From: Nemertoderma westbladi
Lineage: Eukaryota > Animalia > Xenacoelomorpha
NCBI GenBank assembly: GCA_032718475.1
Contig: JAUCBJ010000868.1
Span: 1-44,486, forward strand
DNA: 44,486 bases
Direction: 5' to 3'
The translations under genes and the position numbers were made by a program. The notes beneath the pieces are model-generated. The model made no database searches. It worked only from the letters and a program-made list of their open reading frames with translations, and was not told where the DNA came from. The stretch's first letter is position 1. Every line of letters starts with the position of its first letter. Below, piece after piece: positions 34,753 through 44,486 of the stretch.

Positions 34753-35992
34753 GGTGTTCGGACACTTCCCCCCGGACACTTCCCCACCGGACAGTTCCCC
34801 CCCGCTCAAGTAGGACACTTCCCCCCCGGACACTTCCCCCCCAGACACTTCCCCCCCGCGGACATTTCCCCCCCGACTGATCTTAACTTCGCACATTCGT
34901 ATTTTCCATTTTGTAAGGTAAACGGACCGCTTGTATCCAGATAAGTTGTATCCAATTTTCCTTTCGTAGCTCAGAAAGTGATCTTTACATCCCGATTTTA
35001 CATTTTATATCCAAGTTTTATTTATGGGTTTTATCAATGCAATTACATCGTATTGTTTGCTAATCTTTATACAATTAATTATATTAGATGACCTATAAAT
35101 TCCATCCCCGGAATGATATACTGTTTTTATTAACTATAGAATTATAATAATTAATTGTTTTATTTATAGGTATTATTATGTAATAGTCTTCTTCAAATTG
35201 TAGCAGATGGGGATGAATATTATTGTTGCAATCAAAATTATACCTCTCCAGGGTAAAATCGACATGCGTCGACCTGTATTCTGTGTTCAGCATTACATAT
35301 TGATATATAATTATTACTACTATGCATACTATATAGATATTATACACACTACATATTAAATTTCCTGGTTACTTGCAATATTTTTAATAGGATTTTGTTG
35401 AATTATATAATATTGTAGTAATTTATATATTAAATTGGTTAACATTCAATACAGCTCCTACTTTAGGCTTAGTCAATTTATTATCTGATGATACAAACAT
35501 GAATTAATTATTTCAAAGTGGTCTTAAGTCTTTCACCACGGGCACTCAGGGAAATGCCGGGGTTTGGGTCGATAACCCCCAAGAAAAGAAGCGGGTGTTT
35601 GGGGGCGGCAGCCCCCAAGAAAAGAAGCGGGGGTTTGGGGGCGGTAGCCCCCAACAAAAGAAGCGGGGGTTTGGGGGCGGCACCCCCCAATTAAAAGAAA
35701 TTAAAAGAATTAAAGGAATTAAAAGAAAAACAAACAAAATTTGACTATAAAAATGTTTCTTTTATAATTTTGAAAAAACTTGTCTAGATACAACTTGTCC
35801 TGTAACCATATTTAACTTTTGTTTATTGCTTTGATGCACCCAGATTAATTTTAACACTTTAACTGGGGGGGAAGTGTCCGGGGGGCAAGTGTCCGGGGGG
35901 GAAGTGTCCGGGGGGGAAGTGTCCTACTTGGGCGGGGGGGAAGTGTCCGGGGGGGAAGTGTCCGGGGGGGGGGGGGGAAGTGTCCTAGATCC
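34753..35992. mobile_element. Non-autonomous DNA transposon (MULE/foldback-like MITE)
   Basis: 8-bp TSD GTGACAAA (34745-34752 and 35993-36000). Inverted ends are built of GGACACTTCCCCCC tandem units. Internal ~32-bp repeats at 35560-35690. Confidence 0.88.
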
Positions 35993-38009
35993 GTGACAAA
36001 CTATCACGATATGTTGGCGTTGGGCCCCGTCCCTACGTCCATCCTCCCTTGTGAAGGGCTAGGGGGGACTTTCGACCCATCATTACTAAAGGGTAGTGAT
36101 AATTATTATTCAAAATAAGTTTTCCCATGTATACGTAATTTTATTCTTAAATAGGTACTTGTTTGTTCCTAAATTCTGCCTAAATGCTGCCTTACTCAAT
36201 GTTAAATAATTTATTGTTCTCGAATATTTATTTCGTAACTAGGAAACCGCTTAACTACAAACCAATATTGGATATGGAGCTCCGTTTCGAAGTTGGCCTT
36301 GCAGAGACTAAAGTTGCAATAACTTTTGAGTGTGTGAATGTAATTTACTCAAATAGGGTACGTGCGCGAAAAAATAGTTGGGCTAGAAGTATTACGTGCA
36401 AACCTGTTCTATTTCGATGCTCTTTCAATACAACTAATAAAATTAACCAAAAATATTTTTTTCACTCATTGTAATTATATTTACTGTTTGCTTAATCTGT
36501 TTGTGTTTATATCTGTTTATGTGCAGTATTTAGTGCCTTACGTGAAAGAAACTAATATATTTATAGCATTATTTACATTTCTAATTAAATTAAGGAATTA
36601 AAAACGTGTTGGTGTTATTATATTCATTTATCGGAATTTATATTATAGGAATTTTATTGAAAGTCAAAAAAAAAACGTTTTTTTTTTGTTAATGTTCTAA
36701 TTAATTACATTTTAAAGTCATTTTCAAGGTATTAATAATAATATTGAATTAAAATACATAGCCACCCACAGGTTATGTAGTTGTGACTCGGCAAGACAAG
36801 CTACGCAATATCCAATCACGTTGGTCAGTGTACCCAGAAAAAATTACATAATTCATTATATTACATCAGAGTCAGAGTGCCTATCTTATTTATGCTATCT
36901 TTCATTGGTATATAATATATTGAACCCTGCTTGACAGGCAAGGCACAGCGACGTCGTCTAATCAAAGCACAGAACCAAGGCAGGAGCCAGTACTGGTACC
37001 GGTATAGGCCTACTGACGTACCGGTACCCAGTACCGGTACCGAACGTGAATTATACTTTTCGAAAAGTGGCCTATAACGACCGCTGGTTAAAGTTATACA
37101 CACATGCCAAGTTCCAGCGCAATCCCTCTGCCCGTTTTGGAGGAGTTCGAACACAGAGAGAGAGAGAGAGAATTTGATTTTTATAGGTATAGATAATATA
37201 ACCAGCTAAAGACCCTCAATACTTTATTTTTTCTATCATCTTTACACTATGCTGCCGCTGGTGAATGCCTACCACTTCATCCGATTGCTTTACATTACAG
37301 ACTGTTAAACTGGTTGAGAGATTATATAATATAGGCCTAAGTAATAAGCTGGTTTTCTAAGAACATTATTGTATGATATTATGATACCATATCATGGGGG
37401 CGGGGGGGGGGGGGGGGGGGTGCCTGAGGGAATTATTGGTAGTGTACACTACCAATATACACTACCACTGTGCCACGTGGCTGGAGACCTGGCTACAACA
37501 CTTTGATGGGGTATATGGTATCCTTTCGTCTACTTATTTTCTTTGGCAACCTGCCTGGGATAATGTGGAATGTATCTGGTCTGGGGTCGGGCTCCTTCCC
37601 AAAGCAACTTCAACTTCGAATATTTTCTAATATTCGGTTTATTGCTGTATTGCACTTGTCATTATAATTTTTTTAATTTAACGGAACTTGATGAACGATG
37701 GCAAAATGCTCTCAGAGTTAGTGTAAGTTGGAATCTCCATGGTAGGGTCCCGGGACCCTGGGACCCTACCCTCGCTACGCTAGTGGAATTTATTATTCGT
37801 TTATGCATTCTAGTTAATTAATTGATATAATTAACGACATAATTATGTAAATAAAAATTGTTAAATGAAACAAATCTTTGTTTCGGTTTATAATTGACAA
37901 TAGCACACCCTCACAATCACGTCAAATTGAGAGTTAAAGTGATTGACATTTTGTTAATGAACTACGCTTTTGTAAGGCATTGGCAAATTCCAACAAATTC
38001 CGATGGCGT

Positions 38010-38160
38010 CAAACATCTTCAGACAACTTCAAACAGTTTCAGACAATTTCAAACAGCTTCAGACAACTTCAAACAACTTCAGATAGCTTCCAACAACATA
38101 CAACAGAAATTTCAAACACTTTCAGACGGATTTCAGACAGATTCAGATGGGCTCCAACAG
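38010..38160. repeat. Degenerate 10-bp minisatellite
   Basis: TTCAGACAAC/TTCAAACAGC units. Confidence 0.8.
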
Positions 38161-38391
38161 ACTAAACTTGTTGGAAATATTTTCTCCAACAGAATCAAAC
38201 TTTACATTTTTTAATTAATAAAATCCGATAATTTCGCCCCATTTTCGACCTTAAAAGTAATTTAATACCAAATACTGTCTGCTGGTTGGTTGTTAGGTGT
38301 TAGCTGTTGACCAATGGCGGCTTGGATGAAATCAGTGTACTGCAGTATTGGTCTGGTGCATTACAGATGTGGTGCTACAGATGTACAGTAC

Positions 38392-41300
38392 TAGATAGAT
38401 AGATAGATAGAATTAATTCATACATTATGAAAAACAATAACAAATACACCAAACAATGTACCGGTATAAAGGTATTGATTGTCTAACATAACATATAGGA
38501 TTACCGCTAAAGCTTTGCAGCTTATTTCCAAGGGGGTCCTTTATGTTACTTGGTTACAAATACAATATTAGACTACGCTAACCTAAAACCAATATAAAAC
38601 GTAATTACACTTTGTACATGTACAACTTTACCGAGAGCGTGACAATGTCCGACTTAACGATAAAGATGTAATGTACAGAACAATTTATTATAAAACGTAA
38701 TTACAGTATAAATAGTAAATAATTAATAACTAATAACTTACTGTAGGACTATTGTACCTATTTTTACATTGCACACGGAGGTGAGATTTAACTGCAGATT
38801 TAAAAGAAAATTGATTATTTAGGTTTTTAATTTCATTAGGCAGAGCGTTCCAATTTTTAATACCGTTAAAAAAGAAAGTATCAGATTCAAAGGATTTACA
38901 ATTCGGGAGGTAGAAGTTTGAAGCACTAGCTCTGGTACTGTAAGAGTGTGTATCGCGTACTCTGCTGAATTTTTGTTTTAGGTAATTGGGACATTTACCA
39001 TTATACACTTTATGCACATGGTTAAGGCGTAGCTGCTTAACTCTACTATCTAAGTTAAGTATTCCAGATTCAGAAAACTCATCTGGAGTTAGGTGGTGCC
39101 TAGGTTTGTAGTCTTTAATAAATCGTACTACTTTATTCTGAGCTACTTGTAATTTACATTTAAGTTGTTTGGTTAAGCCTTCATACCAAGAAGAGCATGC
39201 ATGCATAGTCTATGTGACACTGTATTAAAGAAGAGCAAAGTAACTTGCGGGAGTCGATGTTTAAACTATTTTTATTTCTGTATAGAAACCTAAGCCTACT
39301 GTTAACTTTCGAGAAAATATTTTTCACTGTACTTTCTCCTGATAAGCAGTTATCCAATGTGGCGCCTAAATATTTAACTTCCTTTTTATTTTCAATCTAA
39401 TGTCCATTACTAGTGAGTAGTGACTTCAAACTTAGTTACCTTCTTTAAATACTTTCAGTCTTACCGTAGTGAATGGATAGCTTATTATCAACCAACCACT
39501 CATTACAGGATTCTAGAACTGCACTTAACTTTTGGGAAATATGGATAGGATCTTTATGAGAGAAAATAAGAGCACTGTCGTCGGCATATAAAATGAGTTT
39601 AAAATCGGGATCTATACTACTTATCATATCATTTACATAGCATACAAAAAGCAGAGGACCTAATATACTACCTTGCGATACACCACAGGTAATCTCTTGT
39701 ACTTAAACTGCGATTTGCTAATGACTACAGTTTGACCTCTGTCTGACAGGTAGGACTTGAACCAGTCTATAGAACCTACACCCATCACGCCTAACTTACC
39801 AAGCAGAATTTCGTGATCTATAGTATCGAAAGCCTTTTGTAGGTCCAACATTACCATACCAGTATATAAACCCTTTCCGTTACTACATCTAATTGTATCA
39901 GTTAAGTTAATAAGGCAGGTGTCTGTAGAATATGATTTACGAAAACCGGACTGAAGTTCATAGATCAGATTTAGCCTACTAAGATGTGCTTCCAGCTGTA
40001 GAAAAACAGAACGTTCTAGAATTTTAGATACAATACTTAAGATACTAACAGGTCTGTAATTACAGGGTTCTACTTTACTATTCTTTTTATACAGAGGAAC
40101 AACCTTAGCTAATTTCAGTTCGTCTGGTACTACATTATCTACGATAGAGTAATTAATAATAAAAGTAATAGGCACTTTAAGTACTTCAGCACCATCCTTT
40201 GTTGTACCTTTGTTGTACAAATATTCAGATTTCGCTTTTTTTATTTCCCGTTGGACAAGGTTTCTATATTTGCAGTGAATATTATAATCAGCTAAAATAC
40301 GGTATTTTCTAAATTTATACAAATAGTTATCTCTTTCTCTGATATTACTAATAATACCCGAGGTCATCCAGGTCTCAGTGCGTTGTTTAACCCTATTAAT
40401 CCCGGGGGGGGGGGGGGGGGTCAATATGACCCCACCGTGGTTTTTTTATTATAATTCTGAAACAAACACAGTTGGGAATCTGAAATTTTATGACTCTTCT
40501 TAAAAATCAATTGTCTTCCTAGTAGTGAAAACCGTTTTCAAAAATATTGGGTAGTTTTCGAGTTATAGCACCATTTTTTAACCCTACTTTTGGCACTTTT
40601 TTTGAGACGTTTTTTGAAAATTACATTTCATTACATATTAATTGTAATATCTCTATTTTGGATTTACACCGGTTTTTTGGTATTAGCAATTGGATGGAAT
40701 TCATAAAAAATTTATTTAGAAATTTCAAACTTGTTTTTTTCGGCGGGTGCCAAATTTTGGTACCAGCACCAAATTTTGAAATATGTCAATTTTGTAAATT
40801 GATTGTTTGAAACTTGTTTTTTACGCAATTGGGGTTTTTTGGGGTTCTGGTTTCGATGAAATATATACGAGTTGCACCAAGCGTATCGAACTTGTATTTT
40901 TCGGTGCTGTGTGTAAATTTTGGTGCTAGCACGAAATTTCGAAAATCCATTCAATAGATAAAATTGCTTGTGACAATTTATTTCTTGCATTTTAGAGGTT
41001 TATGGCTGTTCTGAATTCAATGGAATATATAATTATCGAACTAGACAACTCAAAATTGTATTTTTCGGAAGTGGGTGCAAAATGTGGTGCTAGCACCAAA
41101 TTTTGAAAACCATCAAATATATCAATTGATTGTGTCACCTTGTTTCTTGCGTTATACGGGTTTGTTAGGGTTCTGAATTCAATGGAATCAGTAAAAATTT
41201 CATAAGAGTTTTCAACCTTGTATTTTTCGCAGGTGGTTGAAAATTGTTGTGCCAGCACCAAATAAGTAATCCAAAGTATAGGTAAAACCCCAGATTGAGA

Positions 41301-42500
41301 AATAATATCGGTATTATTACAAAGGATGTGATCTAGTAAAGTAGAAGTTTTACTGGTAATTCTGGTAGAATCTCGAATAATTTGTTTTAAACCAAACAAA
41401 TTTAAAATACTTTGGTACTGTTTACAGATGGGGGATGCTTTGTGATGGTAACAGATATTAAATCACCTAAGAAATATATTTCACAGTCTGACCTAAGATT
41501 ACATAAAATTGTATTTTCAAAATTTTGCAAAAAATCTGATTGTTTAGGGGGCCGATATAATGTACCAATTAAAATAGGTTTAGTTTTAGGAAGTAAAAGT
41601 TCCACCAGTAAAACTTCGTCACAAGTCTCTAAATTTTCCCTACGATTAAAAGCTAAATCACATCGAATGTAAGTACAGACACCACCACCGTGTCTGTCCC
41701 TATCCTTACGTAAAACTACGTAATTATCAATATAAATTTCTCCATCAGAAACGCTATCATCGAGCCAAGTTTCACAGATTGTTAAAACTGCTGGGTTGGA
41801 TTTATTGATTAAAATACGAATTTCGGAAAGTTTGGGAAGCAGAGATCGTGTATTTAAATGCAAAAAATGCAGAGCTTTTTTCTTAAAAAATTTAAAAGTT
41901 TCACTCTCAGCATCACTTGGAGTTTGCAGAGGCGATGTGAGAAATGAAACGTCGGTTTCTGATTCTAAAATAGTATCATGAAAGGGAAGTAAAAATACAG
42001 CTATTGCTGTATTGCAGAGAAAACTTGGCTCAAGATTGTTTCTGGTGGAGAATAAATTACTGCTTTTCCTACGGTAACATTTTAAATGTACAAATGTGTC
42101 ACAACTCTCGCATTGGACGATCTTACTCCAAGAGTTTGTTCCTCGTTGACAGACGGGACAGTTGATCTTCGGGGCCCGCGTCCTGCTGGGTCCTGGGTTG
42201 GTCTCAATATCCCCAGCCAGAGACAGAAGACAGAGTTTGGCGATTAGGCCTCTAGTTCGTGGAGAGGAGACCCAAGATCTTCTTCCCCGACGAGAGCAGT
42301 AGAGGCTAAATCCACTCGTCGACCACATCTCCGTCGATTCGGCGCGGCAATTCGAAACGGTAGCGACAGGGTGTTCCGCAAACCAGTCCAAATACGGGTA
42401 TTGGGTGGGTTGCAGGGTTACCCCGCGGATCGGATGGTTCTGCCACAACGAAACGGCCCAGAACGATGAAAACTGTGGAGATTAAGAGCGGTGACATTGT
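38392..42500 (-). mobile_element. Decayed CR1/L2-type LINE (PHD-like finger, APE and RT)
   Basis: AGDIETNPGP, C-x2-C...C-x2-C...H-x2-[69 protein letters not shown]. (TAGA)n tail at 38392-38410. 5' boundary approximate. Confidence 0.92.
40391..41270. mobile_element. One-ended piggyBac-like non-autonomous insertion with ~163-bp internal repeats
   Basis: Starts TTAA-CCCT (40387-40394) and interrupts the LINE frame. GGTGC(T/C)AGCAC-AAAT-type units recur near 40760, 40922, 41086 and 41250. No matching right end was found. Confidence 0.6.
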
Positions 42501-43384
42501 GCTGTCTGGCTGTAGTCTGACTCAAAGGATAAAAACGGTATAGGCCTAGTACCGGTATCTTTCTCGGTCTTATTGTCGGCAGGCCTACAGCTGATCACAA
42601 TTGACTATATACCAGGTTTCCATATTACACACACACACACACGCACCATCATATAAACAGACATACTGTACAAACAGACGAATTGACTTTTCAATGTTGA
42701 TTTAGCATCGCCCTGACTTGGAAAATTGATGTGTTTACAGAATTCGACTTTGCAAAACTGTTATTTATGAGTAAAACTATAATGGGTAATTTTGCGCCTT
42801 GGCCTTGCGGCCTTGGCGTTGCCTAAATAATAAAAGTCAAATAAAAAAAAAAGTGTTAAAGTAAAAGTTGTGACCCGGTTACATTTGGATAGAGTATAAA
42901 AAAAGTAGGAGAATTCATGAAATATTGTGAACCCAATAATTATATTGAATTTGTACAGTACATGTAAACTTCATTTTGGGTCAATTTGACCCAAACGGTT
43001 CTCGGCGGGTTAATATAGCTAGGCCCTTCTGGTTATTAATAGCTATACCCCACCTACTGGTAGGTAATGCAGTAGGCATATCTGGCTGTCAGGCAAATTT
43101 CCAGCTAATGTTTACCTGGTAAACCCATGGCGGCGTTAAGTAAATGTACCCTTAGTGGATATTACTTAACGCCGTCAATGGTTACCACGTAAACAATAAG
43201 ACCAAATACAATACTAAATGTACAGGCCAATACAATGCTGTAATGTACTTAAAATGTTGTAAAGTAACAACTCGCTGTTACTAACGGCGTTGAGTAATGT
43301 TACAATTTTGGAATAAAAAAATTATATAAAAATCAATATGTTGAATCGAGTTAATCAGAAGATCACAATAATTAATTGAAACTG

Positions 43385-43639
43385 ACTGTCGTCTACTACA
43401 GACAGTGCGGCGGTATCTGTTCTGACCATTACGTTGTGCACAAGGGAACTGTTGACGTCACTCGTTGCTATGAGACCTTCGACAAGAAAGGAAACGCTAT
43501 TGGATACGAGTGTTTGGCGTGTTGCCGGGACGACCAATGTAATTCATTCGCATTCTCAGGAACAACCCGGACTGTTACGGAAACTAATGGAATTATTCTT
43601 TATTTTTTTGTGACGTTAATTTTCAATATTTCGCGGTAA
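43385..43639 (+). CDS. Probable last exon of a GPI-anchored Ly6/uPAR (three-finger) protein
   Basis: RQCGGIC...RC...ECLACCRDDQCN gives the C-C-x4-C-N signature, followed by a Ser/Thr spacer and hydrophobic tail IILYFFVTLIF. 5' splice boundary unresolved. Confidence 0.68.
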   Translation, partial: TVVYYRQCGGICSDHYVVHKGTVDVTRCYETFDKKGNAIGYECLACCRDDQCNSFAFSGTTRTVTETNGIILYFFVTLIFNISR

Positions 43640-44486
43640 ACTATTGTATACTGATATGTGATTTGCTATGGCAATAATGTAGCTTTTTTTTTTCGGACTG
43701 TTATATCTTTATGGATCTAAAAAGATTATTTAATGTGATTTAAATAGTCAACAGAATCAACGGATTAAATAATAATTAATATAATAAAATATTGTAAATC
43801 CCACCATCTTTTTTGTTTATTTGACCCGAAACTAGGTTGTCCGTCTCACATCTCCTGGGACTTATCGAATAAAACTACATCCATAATTGATATCGACAAG
43901 TCCATAAAAAAAAAAAATTCTTATAAAACACCTGACAGTCAGTGGTCATCGAGAGTCAGGAGGGAAAACCTAAAAATTACATGATTCCAATCTACATAAG
44001 CAGATTGAGTAAATCCCGTATGGGCTATTTGAAATAAATTAATTGTAGAAATTAAATATACTGTTTGGTCCTGCTTACGGGGTATTTAATTGCATATTTC
44101 AGAATAATTTTTCGAGAATAATAATTTTTAATTTTTTTCATTCGTTCAATTGGATAACATCATCGAATTCTAGAATATTATTTATACCATTAATTATAAT
44201 CATATATCAATAAATTGTAAGGTATAAGATAATATTCTAGGAGTCAATGACAGTAATGTTGTCATAAGTTTCACTGCGTTTCATTGGGATGATTTTGATG
44301 CTTCCATGGAACACTTATATCGGAAACATTGAGTTGTTTTTTTATAAAATTTCACTTATATTGTAATTTTGTTTCCAAACTTTATAAGGTTCAACCTCCC
44401 TGCTACTGCAGTAGGCTTATGCTTCACTCCTGCCAGGCACATTCCCGCTTCGAGATTGTCTGGACTCTGATTGGTTAATCGCGTTC

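Noticed and set aside
35508-35737. Repetitive GAAAPKPP/PPPNPRFF ORFs
   Set aside because: Translations of the MITE's internal tandem repeat.
42975-43013. GGGTCAATTTGACCC...GGGTTAA as the missing end of the 40391 insertion
   Set aside because: The terminal sequence does not match the left end, and the LINE 5' part lies between them; more likely an end of another TTAA-type element.

Overview
AT-rich eukaryotic (metazoan, probably marine invertebrate) repeat nest with almost no host coding sequence. An RTE-clade LINE (1-762, 13684-14581, 31555-32353) is cut into three pieces by two related, oppositely oriented BEL/Pao LTR retrotransposons. Element A (763-13678, +, TSD GTCTG) is decayed, with RT and integrase deleted. 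Element B (14582-31549, -, TSD TCCAG) has an intact 2683-aa Gag-Pol and near-identical 1210-bp LTRs. Both have an unusual architecture: a ~2-kb leader, a second PPT-plus-TGT LTR-like module right after pol, and a ~2.2-kb non-env accessory coding cassette before the 3' LTR. Element B also lacks a canonical tRNA primer-binding site. Its 3' LTR is interrupted by a truncated Penelope-like element with a GIY-YIG C-terminus and two hammerhead ribozyme motifs in inverted pseudo-LTRs. Downstream are a CRE-like RT relic, a 59-bp retrocopy of the RTE tail, a MULE-like MITE, a decayed CR1/L2-type LINE interrupted by a piggyBac-like end, and a probable terminal exon of a GPI-anchored Ly6/uPAR-type gene. 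All comparisons were made by eye; no database searches were run.
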